From Octopus vulgaris (taxonomy: Eukaryota): DNA of 64,000 nt. Within the stretch, counting starts at the first letter, position 1; every line of letters starts with the position of its first letter. Position numbers and translations under genes: made by a program. Shown piece after piece: positions 51,500-64,000 of this stretch. The stretch lies in assembly GCA_951406725.2 (NCBI GenBank), contig OX597814.1:159216001-159280000 (forward strand), read 5' to 3'. The notes under the pieces are model-generated. The model had not been told where the DNA came from, did not search any database, and was given only the letters and a program-made list of their open reading frames with translations.

Positions 51500-53201
51500 G
51501 TGAACCATATTTTATTCCTCACGTTACAAGGATTCACTCTGCCGTTTGATGTACCAATCCAGACTATTCTTTTCATTGACAACACAGATTTTGCATTGTA
51601 TGAGATCTCTTCCACCCATTTCTCATCACATACAGTCTGTCAGTATCACTTTTAGGGTGAAGCTCCCTGTAAACTGTCATCACTTTTCTAGCTTTCCTGT
51701 CTTTGCCCACCTAACAACACCTGTACCATATTGCATTAAGGAAACAGCCCATGTGTTCAGTGCCTTGATTTTTTTTTGCCATTGAGTCTACTTACCATAA
51801 TTAACTTGGTTCTTCTAAGATATTCTCACCTAAAGCTTTCCTTCATTTCATTTTCCTTGATTTTGTTGTATTCTAAAATCCCCAGATATTTATATCCATT
51901 AGTCTCAGTATCCTTCATTTACTCACTGTTGGGGACCTCTAAACCATCAAACGATACTACTTTGCTTCTTTGTATCATAAGCATACCATACTTTTTAGTC
52001 CCAAATTCCCTTTCGATATCCTTACTGAATATCTGCAATGTTGAAACTAGGCCATTTATTTCATGTTCAGCTTTTCCAAAGATCTTTGAATTATCCATAT
52101 ATTGGATGACTTAATTTTTCTCCACTTTACAAGAAGTACCCTGATGTCACTTTCCATAGTATCTGCATGAGGGGAATCATACAAATCACAAACAGCAATG
52201 GTAATAGGCTATATCCTTGAAATATGCTTCTCATGATGTTAACCATCATCATCATCATCATCCTCGTTTAACGTCTGCTTTCCATGCTGGCATGAGTTGA
52301 TATGTTTTCACTGTTCATTCATTGATTATTTTATTCTTCTTTTCCACCAATGACTTTTACTTCATTTCCACATTTATGGTTTGGTTTGAGACCTACTTTA
52401 TTTCCTATATAAATGATGCAGGTTTTAATCAATCTATTTATTCCAGTTATATTATTTGTCTTGATTTCTTTCAGGATTTTATTCATCTTAAGGGTCCACC
52501 CACTGAGCAAATTTCTATCTACTTTCCTGAATCCATTTCTTTCCATATCCAGGTTTTCCTCAATGATACTAGTAATGTCTTCAATCATTCCTTTGTCTTC
52601 ATTATTTAGTCCTTCTCAGGGCTTGAAACATTATACTTTTCCTGGTTACTCTCATTAGGTGCAGCATCCTCAGCATTCTCTATATCTACTTCTGCATCAC
52701 TACCCATGTTTTCAGTCATCACCCTCCTTCTAATCACATCAAGCTCTAGTACGATTAGCTATCCTTTCTTCCTTATTGCTCTTACCTGGTCACAGAGCCT
52801 TTCTTCCATAATATCTTAGCCCTGCTTCTCCATCCATGTGTTATGCATCCTCTTTCTATATCATCTTATGGGTCTCCCTTCATTATCAGTGGGTCTGCTC
52901 AAAATATATCATTCCATGACAGCTATATTCATCATCTTAGTCTATTTAGTTCTAGCAGCCATATAATGACAACCGGGCCTGTACTGCTCACCCACACATG
53001 CTCAGCAAAAGTCCATCACCTGTAGTTCTGTCCTTATCTATGCCGCTGCTTGTGTTTATTCTATTATTCATTACTCTCATGCAGAGGGAAGTGTTGCTAA
53101 GGTGTCACAACCACCAGTATTTTTATCGAGACACCATCTCTAGAGGGGTTTGTCTAAAATGACTCAAAGAGATTCCTCTCCCTTTAAAAGTTTAAGTGAG
53201 C

Positions 53202-53294
<93 letters not shown>

Positions 53295-54494
53295 TATTAA
53301 TATTGTTATTTCACTTCTCAAAGTTTTCAATTTCACTTGCTCTGGTTAATTCTGTCAGAGCAGACAACTTGTTGTCAAAGGTCTCACAGGGTCTCTTTCC
53401 ATGTTACTTTATATCTAAGAACCAATCTCTAAATCCTTGCTATCCCCAATAAAGTAGTTTTCTTGAGAATATTCTACCCTCATGTCAATCCCAGTTTCTC
53501 CAACAAATTTCTCAAACCTGGTTGTTAATGCTCTCAGTGTCCCTACAACTACTGAGATGACAGTTACTTACTTCATTGCTCACATTCATGCAATTTCAAC
53601 TTTTAGTGGCTTGTACTTTTCATTCTTTTTCCAATTCTTTATCAACCACTCATACATCCCTAGGTGTGGCAATATCTATGATCTTGAAGGTGGCAAGCTG
53701 GCTGAAACATTAGCATGCCGGGCGAAATGCTTAACAGTATTTCAGCTGTTTTCACGTTCTGAGTTCAAATTCCACTGAGATCAACTTTGCCTTTCATCCT
53801 TTTGGGGGTCAATAAATTAAGTACTAGTTGCATACTGGTGTCAATCTAATCAACTGACCCCCTCCCCAAAAATTTTGGGCCTTGTGCCTAGAGTAGAAAA
53901 GAATATCTATAATTTTGGTTTCCTTCATCATTTAATCAACTACAATAAATATTTGGTCACTGGATTGTAAAATCCCACAAGATCTTATACTCATTCTCAG
54001 TGATGCCTTCTGGTTTATACTCGTACCATTTCAATGTCCTTCCAAGGCCTTATTTTTAACACAATCTCCAACAAACATACTTAGCTACATTATCATGCCT
54101 CCATTTATATTACTTTGGGGCTAATTTTCTACACTCACACACAATATGTGAAACTGTTTCATTTTTAATGCCACATATTCTACAAAGGGGTGATTCACTA
54201 ATTTTAAATATTTGGAACTAAGTGCAATTAGTTCTCTGAGCTTGTTCCTGAGCACTGAATATTATTGCCTCAGTGTATCATTTCAGATCACTTTTCTTTA
54301 GCTACCTCCAAGTGTTGGTCTTGTCTTTCCTGTCCATTTCTCCAAGATATTGCCCATACATCGCTTTCATTTTCCAGTTGTTCCATATTTGCTCTCCGTT
54401 TTGTTTCTTAAACACTTCTGGGTACATAAAGCCTCTCTCTATGTTATTTCTAGTATGAAGGCACACATGCATAGCCATTATTGTTATTGTTGTT

Positions 54495-54545
<51 letters not shown>

Positions 54546-54815
54546 ATTTTACTTCTCAAAGCGCTTAATCTTGTTTGCTCTGGTAGATTCTGTGAGAGTG
54601 GACAGCATCTTACCATCAAAGGTCTCACAAGGTCGCATTCTGTACATTATAAGCTTTGATACTTGGTTGTTAATTATCGTGGGAGTCATTCAACATCCAA
54701 GTACCAATCTCAAAAGTCCTAGTTATCCCCAACAGCACATTTTTGGGGGCTTGCTCTGCTCTCATGTCAATTCCAATTTCTCCAATATATTTCTCGAACT
54801 TGATTGTTCGAGAAA

Positions 54816-54885
<70 letters not shown>

Positions 54886-55700
54886 GTTGTTGTTTATGGT
54901 TTCCTTTCATCATAACTTTATTTCAGCTGTCATAGTTCAGGGTATCTTCTGGAGGCCAAGAGTAGCAAGGGCTCTTTTGTTTTGCTATGCATGCTAAAAT
55001 TATCACCACATTTATTCCATTTTAGAAGGAGAGTGCTTTCCATGGTATATGGGCTGTACCCATCAAGGTTATCTTTTGTAGTTCACAGAGATTGGGGTTA
55101 CCAGGAAGTTGCTTAATATACTTCTCAGCTTCCTTCTTTATCATTCCCAATACACCAATTACCACTGGCATTATCATAGTACTAAGCTTCCACATTTTTG
55201 TGATTTCAATTTGCAGATCTTTATAGTGAGAAAGCTTTCCGTATTCCTTTCTTGAGACAATTTGACAGATATGTCTATTAATAGACAAGTTCCTTTGTTG
55301 TAGTCCTTGATCCTAATGTCTGCTCGATTGGAGTCAATTTTTCTGTTTGTATTGGGACGTTCCAAAGGATGGTGATGCCCTCACCATTTACTACATTCTC
55401 TGGATGGTGCCTGTAAAACTTATGGGATTTAATTTTGTAGTATTTACAAGCATTCCAGTGGATGTACTACCCTAGTCTGTCATGTCTTATGAGGTATTCT
55501 TTTTCAGCGAGAACTGGGCAGCCAGAAACAACATGATCAATTGTCTCTGTGAATTTTCTGCAAATTCTGCATGCGGTGTCAGATCCATCTTTAAGGACGT
55601 TTGCTTGGTAGTTTCTGTTAGGTAAGTTCTGATCTTGTGCTGCAATAACAAAACCTTTTGTTTCCCCTTTCAGACCTGTCCCTTGTAGCCATTGGTGTGT
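51500..55700 (-). mobile_element. Cluster of nested R4/Dong-like non-LTR fragments separated by (TTA)n/(TTG)n tracts
   Basis: SHYKDLQIEITKMWKL...PVVIGVLG...LQKITLMGTAHI; MYGQYLGEM; RT-region remnants at 51500-52240; similar 3' ends at 53310 and 54550. Confidence 0.8.
53689..53905 (+). mobile_element. tRNA-derived SINE inserted in a LINE fragment, with TSD
   Basis: Head GGTGGCAAGCTGGCTGAAAC...GAGTTCAAATTCC; flanking ~16-bp imperfect TSD AATATCTATGATCTTG / AATATCTATAATTTTG. Confidence 0.75.
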
Positions 55701-58039
55701 TTTATTATCATTATTATCATCATCATCATCATCATCATTGAAGATTTATATTCAAAACTTTTGCTCCATGCATTACATGAAGACCAAAATGTTCTGAAGA
55801 GCTACTTTTTGATCTACGTGGGGAAAATTGTGATTGAATTTGTAAAGTTTATTCACTACTTCAAATATTTTGAAAAAGTATGGCGTTGACTTTTTCGGTA
55901 AAAAGCCACAGAAACGAGATTAAATATTGGAAGAGCTATTTTCACTGCACCTTCCTTTGTTAAAACAAACTAGTGTGATCTTTAGTGCCTCGGGAAAGTA
56001 TGAAATCCATCCCAGGCCCGATCAATCTGCCAGATGGCTTACAACTGTACATAGCTGTTAAGAGAACAAAGTCAAGATGTCACATATTTAGTGACACAAA
56101 CCATCTCAATGTTTTCTGCCTGCAGCAAAGATGGAGAGAAACAAGGTCCCATTTCTACCAACATCATCACCACAACAGCAACAACACTAATAGTACCAAC
56201 AGCATAATCGCAACAATAAAATAACTTCAACACTACTCAGTTACAATAACAGTAACAACACCGACAGTAGAAACAACAGTGACAAAAATAACTAAGAAAC
56301 ATCACCCTCAAGAGCCACCACATCACCAACAGTGCAGCAACTGAAAGTCCCCAAACAACAACTGAGCAAAAAAGAAAATTACATTCTCAAAGATATGCCC
56401 CCCACTTGGAACCACTCAGACATATTGTATGATTAGGGTGGTAGAAAGGAAAGCAAATGGCAAAAAGTAACAATCAAGAAAAAAAGTAAAGAGAAAAACA
56501 CGCCAAAAAAAATCCTTGACGGTTCAAACGGACAAAAACATCTCCCAGCGACAATACCACCTCCACCACCAACAACACCAATACTATCAACACCATCGTC
56601 ATCATCACATCACAAGCACAGCCAACATCAAAAACACCAGCAAAACCTAATTATGCACCTAAACCAAGAACAACAACGACATTATAATTTTCACTGCTGT
56701 AAATGCAAACAACAAACAGTTAATGAAACACGGATATCAACTGAGAGGCATTACTCAGAACGACTTCCTCACATCATCAAATATCATACCAACACATAAA
56801 AATCATCGAAACATGAAGCATATACAATGCCACCCAAAGTGAATATACCGACGGAGAAGGAAACTTCAGAAGTAATATCAATAAAAGATTTTACACGGAA
56901 CTGCTAATGGAAACCCGCAAATCTGACCAGGGCGACCGAATGCCTATCCCCCACTCTCAGAATTAATGTAAATAGGTTTTTATAACCTCCCTCCTTCTGT
57001 CGAATATAGATTTACTCAGAATAGAGAATGTATGTAATCAGAGGTCGCTTAGGAAGCAGGGTTAGCTGCTCTACGACCTCAGGTCACTAGACAGATGTGA
57101 TGGCCATCATTGAGACCGGGATTTCCTATCCATGAACCTTCGCGCCCACTTTGGAGGATCTACTTGTCTCCAAGTTAACCGAGAATGGGAAGCAGAGTTG
57201 CAGTGTCCTCTCGGAAAGGTTTGGATCTCGTGATACAGACCATCTTCTTGGACCCAGAAAATAAGTCGATGGTGCCAGATGTGACCAGCAGCGAAAGCTA
57301 TACTTTCAGACTAGTAGACATCTACAGTCCAACAGGGACCAGCAACCTCATTTCTTTAGGTGTTTGGAGTTTTTCCTAGGAATTTACCGTTCCTTAATGC
57401 TAATGGGAGATTGGAAAGGTATCTTGGATGCATACTTAGATTATGTGACGCTAGCTGGTAGAATAGGCTGCAGAAGCCCTACAAACCTGCACTGACGTTT
57501 CCAACTGTCTGGCGGGTACCGACTATGTTTCCAGAATATACTAATGTATAAAGAGATAACAATGTTTATGGATATTCTTCTTTGGGTAATACATGCTGTA
57601 TATAAAGAAGTATTCTAATTACTAATTTCAAATAAACCTTAGATCAAGTGTTTGTTAATTTCCCTGATCTAACTATCTAATTTTTCACGCGTGCAAAGCT
57701 TGATAACTCAGTATGTGTGTGAGTGTGAAAGAGAGAGGTGGGGATAATCTTTTATACGGAATTCCTAATTTTTTTCCGGGGAGAGAAGCGCCACAAACTG
57801 AAAATTTGAGAAAGCTCTTCGACGGTTTCCTACAAATGTAGACCAGTTGCCCGGCATGCGATGAGATATCACTGTTGGGACAAACCTGCACTGACGTTTC
57901 CAACTGCGTTGGGCTTGCTCAGACCGGTTACTACGAGTTTATCGTCAGCAGTTGCCATGGCAAAAGTTTCGTGCGTACATTTCTTGTTTTTTATGCTCTA
58001 CTCTATGTAAAAAAAAGAAAACACAAAGGCCTGTGGATA

Positions 58040-58830
58040 TCCCCATGAATGTAATAACAAAAGTCTAAAGGGCATACGTGTTCAGAAACACCACAGAATG
58101 TTAAACTGGAAAATTCAACAGCACTGTGTAAAACGTTTGACTGATCACAGTGTTGAATCGGTCACAATATATAACCTTAAGAAGCAGGAAAACGAAACAT
58201 TTCTATACCGAAAGTAATAAAAGTGAGAAAAACATTACATAGATCGAAAATAAGGAGATGACTGTGTGTTGATTGTGCTGGGATAAATATATGAAACAAA
58301 TAAAAAATCTTTTATAACGAACTGAATATTCACAAAGCTGGTTACAAAAATTTAAGAGAAGACATTGCATTAAATACTTAAATATTTGTGGTAGTAAGCT
58401 TCAACTGATTATAAAGCACCTGAGAAATCTATGAATGTGCTTGCAAAGATTATCACTGATAAAAATTTAATTACAGAAAAAATGTACAATGTTGACGAAA
58501 TATCAATGTTCTAGCGTTATTGTCATGGAAAACATTCGCTAAAGCTAATGCGAGATTGACCAGAAGCTAAGGATAGCAAGGGCAGATTAACTGTGGTAGG
58601 ATCATTAATACAAGTACCCTTAAGTGTAAGCTTACTTCTTAGGCAAAACCTTGTATCCTCGGTGTCTGAATACGTTACCTGTACATTATTACGCTAACAA
58701 CAATTATGGATCTCTAGGGATCTCATTTAGATTGTGTAATGCAAGAGAACAAGAACTGGATTCCAAGAGTAAGATTTTGTTATTACTAGATAAATGTTCT
58801 GAACAAAAACAGTGTTTATGCACTTCCTCC
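58040..58830 (+). mobile_element. pogo/Tigger-like transposase remnant
   Basis: EYSQSWLQKFKRRHCIKYLNICG; EKMYNVDEISMF*RYC; KDSKGRLTVVG. Confidence 0.75.
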
Positions 58831-59534
58831 AAATGTAACATCCTTGTTAGAAATAGAAAATATGTTTTCTTAGAGTTACTTTACTATTCTTAGATCTACT
58901 TCTTTTATAACTGTTTCCCACGTATTTCAGCGATCTTGTGGTATAACATATTGCTTTCATTTTTGTAAAGTAGTTTTCGCATGGATTTACCGTTCCATAA
59001 TATTGAAATAGCTTGAATTCCTGTAAATTACACATATGAGCCAGACGGTGGAAATAGCTTAGCTTCTTTAAACATAACATACTTCCAACACCGTGTGACC
59101 GCCCTACGCACTCTGCTGGGTCACCGAGTAGAAGGGGAGCAGTAGCAAAATAAGAGTTACATTTCCTTCCCTTTTTTTCTTAATTGTAACTGCTTTAACA
59201 ATATTGACTTCATTTGTTTTGCAGTCATATTGTTACAGCAACATAATTGGTGTTCATTTTTGAAACTGAAAGGAAAATGTCTTACTCCAAGATCACTGAT
59301 TTACTAGTTTCCAGCTTTCTTGTAAATGTTTAAGAAAAACAGAGGGAGGAAAGGTAAGCGGCTTGCTCTTTACTTCTTGTTCAGAAAAATTTGGTTGTTA
59401 ATCGAACAAACATGCCTTCCAATGTTTGCGAACGAAAATCAAACGTCAAGTATGATTCGTTAAAATTATTTCACTATTTTTAACACTTTCAAACTTACTT
59501 TTTAAGAGTTATTTCATTATTTATTTATTTCGAT

Positions 59535-60230
59535 CTCATAAACGCTACACACCGACCATGAATTGTCCTGATGAGGTGAAAGAGCATTCTACAAGCAGCT
59601 AGATCATCTGATACAGACTGTCTTGCATTCCGATAACCTCTTCTTACTTGGCGATTTTAATGCTCACGTAGGGATAGGCAATACGGCAGAAAATAATGTT
59701 ATCGGTCTTAGGGAACGAAAATTCCTTCTAGTGTGAAACAAAATCATAGAGAAAGAAAATTCAAATGACACTCTTCTACCAATTCTCACTGTTGAGGAAC
59801 AGCTGGTCGTCACAAACACTTGTTTCAACAAAACCTAACTTTAAATCAATATGGAGACATTCAAGCTCTGGAAATTTGCATCAAATAGACTTCATCATCA
59901 TTAGATAATGTAATTGGGAGGATTGTCAATCTAACCACGCTATTCAGTGAAGCAAAATTTTTATTATGTTCAAAAGGAAATACTGGCACCAATAAGTACG
60001 ACGAATGAAGAAGCTAGACGTTACAAATCTTGCTGCCATCCAGTCACCTTATCCCGGGGCAATGGGGAATGATGGAAACACCCACAGACCATGCTAGTAA
60101 TGACTATGACTTAGTAACCAGTTACTGGCTTCAGCAAATACAAACGGGTTAAGAAAAAGCATAAAGATCGGTTCGACGCGAACGACACACCAGTAAATTC
60201 CTTACTTATCCAACTCCACTCTCTCCGAGT
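59535..60230 (+). mobile_element. RTE-like LINE AP-endonuclease remnant
   Basis: PTMNCPDEVKE...FLLGDFNAHVG...NTCF...HQIDFII. Confidence 0.7.
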
Positions 60231-60586
60231 CAAATATACCAATGGTACAAAACAAGCGAAATGAGAAACATTTGTTGGATAGAGATGATGGAACTACATT
60301 CATTAAAGAGCTGGTGCTGCTCTGGTGATTCCTAACAAAGATAAGATCTCCCCCAAGAGTAGTTGTGATCATTTGCTCAGGCTCTGACGACACACTATAT
60401 GTATTTCTGTTGTAAATGGAGACACTTATGCATCATGACACCACTCCTATTTTGTACCGTCCTCTCTGCAATGCCCTAAGTTGTTTTCAGAAAATGTAGT
60501 AGATGAATGAATAAGTGTTTCATGAATATTCATGAATAAATGTTATGTTCTCAACCTCCAGTGCCTACAGATACGGGCGAAGCTCC

Positions 60587-63315
60587 TGTAGTGAGCGTAT
60601 ATAGCGGCGCGCGCGCGCACCGTCCATTTTCTATCTCGCGCGTGCGAGTGTTGGTGCCTTCACCAAGGCACAGAAAGGAAGGGCCCTCTCGCGCATGCGC
60701 GAACCACCGGAAGCACGACCCTGGCCAAGGCAGGGGGATCGTAGAACGTTTGACCACTAGCAGCAGCAAGCGGTGACTTTGAGACATGGCTATCGAAGGC
60801 AACGGTCACGTATATTCTCTCTCCGTCAGGCCTTGATTCTAGCAGCAGTCGGCCGAATGCCTTTAACCAAATTGTTGCCGACCACATTCAACTTCCCTGT
60901 ACGACGCCATCTTGAACCCGTTCTGGTTTTTAGCGGCTGAATATTGTAAATATTACAATCGATTAACTTTCAGCCTTGCGCGCCCCGAACCAAGGACATC
61001 AGATAACTACTTATTGTTATTGTTACCAAGAAAGAGAATAAAGTAGTATATATATATTTTACGTCTGCGTCTTGTTGTTTTTGACTGGTAGAGTCTGGAT
61101 TATTAAAGCAACGGCTAGTGATTGCTTTCTTGTACCCCGAAAGTACAAGAGAAGATATTCACACTCACGCTAAGTTCGTTACAGTGGTGACCCCCCGACG
61201 TGATTCTGGTCTAAAACCAGAAATCACTGAACAACAAAAAAAATCCAGTTTTTCTGCGAAGTCGGAACACGATTTAACTCTACGCATTCAACTTTCGACG
61301 ATTTGTTTCCGTCCTCTCGGACCGTTATAGAAGGAACCCTTTTATTCTTCAACATGATGACGGACGCCATCACATCATCGATGCTATTTCTCTGCCTTCG
61401 TCATCATCATCGTCGTTTTTCTACTTCACGTCGTCGCTATCTTCGTCGCCATCATCACTAAGAACGATGTTGTCTCAAGTCCACTACAGTCGCCACCACC
61501 ACCGTCGCCTTTCAACACCGTCGACCTCCACCAAGATGTACATAGCAACTCGCGGAAGTTTGGTCCACTTGCCGTTTGTGCATTAGCACACCAAGAATTC
61601 ACAGCCCAGCACTATCTACGAGATTTCTTCTGTTCCAGTTAACCTGTCACAGCATTGAAGCCACAACCGCTACACGATATGTGTTCAATCGGCATCTGCA
61701 TTTGTGATCTCAACATTCTGTTACAGAACGAACTGCTATTGTGCATCAGGCTATTACAGACTGGTAAATTAACTCTTGTCTGAAATAGCACATGAGAGAC
61801 ATTTTTCTATGCGCTGTATTTTTTTATATTTTGCTCGCATTCACCTTGTATGTATTTCTGTCGCACACACGTACACACACATAAATGCTCTCTCTCACAT
61901 ACATACGTCACACATGCTTTTCTCGCTTGTTTTTTTTCCATGCTGAATTTGCCTTTTGTGGACACACCTCATTTCTATAGACCCTAGCGGTCACGTATAC
62001 ATAGAGAGGGTTGTTTGTTCATTATAACGCGCCAGCATGTCATACCTTTGTTCCTGTACGAACGAGGCATATAATCGCTCAACCACTGGCATATACTTGC
62101 TGTTTTTTGGTCTGGCAAGCACTATTGCATTTCATGCGCCTTGCTTCGCACGTGTATTGCCTTGTTTTTAGCAACACGTTTGCGTTGGCTTAGTTCTTTT
62201 CCCGACTCATAGGACGTCGGATGTTCACATGCGTTGCGCCATGTTTAGGCGTAATTATTTTTCCCTGTTAGACCCCTGTTTGGTCACGTAATTAACAGAG
62301 AAAATTATCTGTGTCGCGCATCACACCAGCGTGTTTGCACCTTTGCCTTTTGTGTTACTAGCGAGCTTCTGTCAATTCCATTTCCTCTCCTGCAGCAATT
62401 GATTTAACTGCTATTTTGCAGGATCAACCACCTTTAGAGAAGTTGGATTTAATTTCGCCTAGGTTCATTGACTGTGAGTTTTGTTTTCCCTCCGCTCCTT
62501 TCAGCGGAAGGGTTTATACTTTGTGACGTATACACTTTCATGCATGCACTCTTGATTTTTGCTCATTGAGTATTTTTTCTCTTTTTCCTTTAGTAAATTT
62601 CTTGTGTATGTTATAAATTTTGCCATTATATTATTGTGTGCTATTTGGTTATCTGGTGTCCACCTTGAGTTTAAAGTCACTACAAAGGATTTTGTGTCGT
62701 GCTACCCACTGGAGGGGAGCCTTGTAGTGACGCTATATAGCGGCGCGCGCGCGCACCGTCCATTTTCTATCTCGCGCGTGCGAGTGTTGGTGCCTTCACC
62801 AAGGCACAGAAAGGAAGGGCCCTCTCGCGCATGCGCGAACCACCGGAAGCACGACCCTGGCCAAGGCAGGGGGATCGTAGAACGTTTGACCACTAGCAGC
62901 AGCAAGCGGTGACTTTGAGACATGGCTATCGAAGGCAACGGTCACGTATATTCTCTCTCCGTCAGGCCTTGATTCTAGCAGCAGTCGGCCGAATGCCTTT
63001 AACCAAATTGTTGCCGACCACATTCAACTTCCCTGTACGACGCCATCTTGAACCCGTTCTGGTTTTTAGCGGCTGAATATTGTAAATATTACAATCGATT
63101 AACTTTCAGCCTTGCGCGCCCCGAACCAAGGACATCAGATAACTACTTATTGTTATTGTTACCAAGAAAGAGAATAAAGTAGTATATATATATTTTACGT
63201 CTGCGTCTTGTTGTTTTTGACTGGTAGAGTCTGGATTATTAAAGCAACGGCTAGTGATTGCTTTCTTGTACCCCGAAAGTACAAGAGAAGATATTCACAC
63301 GCTAAGTTCGTTACA
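60587..63315 (+). mobile_element. Intact-ended non-autonomous LTR retrotransposon (probably Gypsy-derived)
   Basis: LTRs 60587-61183 (597 bp) and 62723-63315 (593 bp), TG...CA termini, CTCC TSD. PBS TGGTGACCCCCCGACGTGATTC at 61185-61206; PPT GGAGGGGAG at 62711-62719. No gag/pol ORF in the 1539-bp interior. Confidence 0.93.
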
Positions 63316-64000
63316 CTCCTATTTCTGCTTGTACCCGAGCTCCTCTATTCATATGACTACGCATTGGTAGCCTATTCCCAAGATTATTTACAAACAATTT
63401 CGCCAGAGCAACTATTTGTTTAATGCCTCTCACCATTAACACTAAGAAAACATGAGTGATGTTCTAGCTAAAATCTCATGATGAGATCATAAAGTTAAGT
63501 GAAGAATAAATGAAGTTTGTTTACAAGTTCTACTGTCTGCGAGGTGGGAACTTCTAATGAAATATTTACATAACGGTGAAATCACGGTGTGGATAGAGAA
63601 AGTAAGTATTGCTTCTGATGACTACATGACATGGTCTGGTCTGACCATGGAATTCACCTTAACACTTAGGTATACATCGGAATGTTGACCTGACTACTCT
63701 TTTATGCGATAGTGAATTTTCCACGTAGCAACACCAAGGTGTCAAAAACCAAAACAGTTCCAGCAAATATGCCTCCAGAAAATCATGTGAGAAAACATGG
63801 TATCTAATACAACAAATATGCGTGAAAAATTAAATTAATATACCAAACGTAAAAATTTTCATTTAATTTTAAAATTTCAAAAAGTGAAGCCAAGTAGAAT
63901 AGATCCGAAGAATATAAACATTTAAAAACTTTGTAAAGGAATACAAAATTTATATAATAAAAATCGTCGCAACTTATATTACAGTAAATACATTTTGTTT

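Noticed and set aside
56000-57540. Possible L1/Tx1-like ORF1 and endonuclease remnant
   Set aside because: Only weak motifs (LMGDWKGILD); too degraded to call.
59565-59595. CTGATGAG-GT-GAAA hammerhead-like string
   Set aside because: No stem II or stem I; the bases encode PDEVK within the LINE endonuclease remnant.
60540-60887. Duplicated ORFs (also 62559-63023)
   Set aside because: They lie within the GC-rich LTRs and show no recognisable domain.

Overview
Eukaryotic, AT-rich, microsatellite-dense genomic DNA; the SINE/LINE repertoire points to a coleoid cephalopod such as Octopus (inference). The window holds the internal part of one minus-strand gene encoding a giant tandem I-set Ig protein (titin/obscurin/twitchin-like). 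I resolved 14 exons with GT-AG sites and mutually consistent phases between 42965 and 2173: 3657 nt, about 1219 aa, 12 Ig domains. Ten of the domains each sit on a single phase 1-1 exon of 264-273 nt, and six of those are closely related tandem duplicates. Neither gene end is in the window. The most interesting extra signals are: (1) a 24-nt frame-preserving micro-exon encoding ETETYEEI, with a UGCAUG (Rbfox) site 12 nt downstream of its donor; (2) several Penelope-type minimal hammerhead ribozyme motifs, two coupled to inverted repeats; (3) a very young non-autonomous LTR element with a tRNA-Trp-like primer binding site (PBS); and (4) a tiny MITE carrying TTAGGG repeats. The introns also contain mariner/Tc1/pogo remnants, R4/Dong-like and RTE-like LINE fragments, tRNA-derived SINEs and microsatellites. 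Most ORFs in the track are microsatellite or transposon artefacts.
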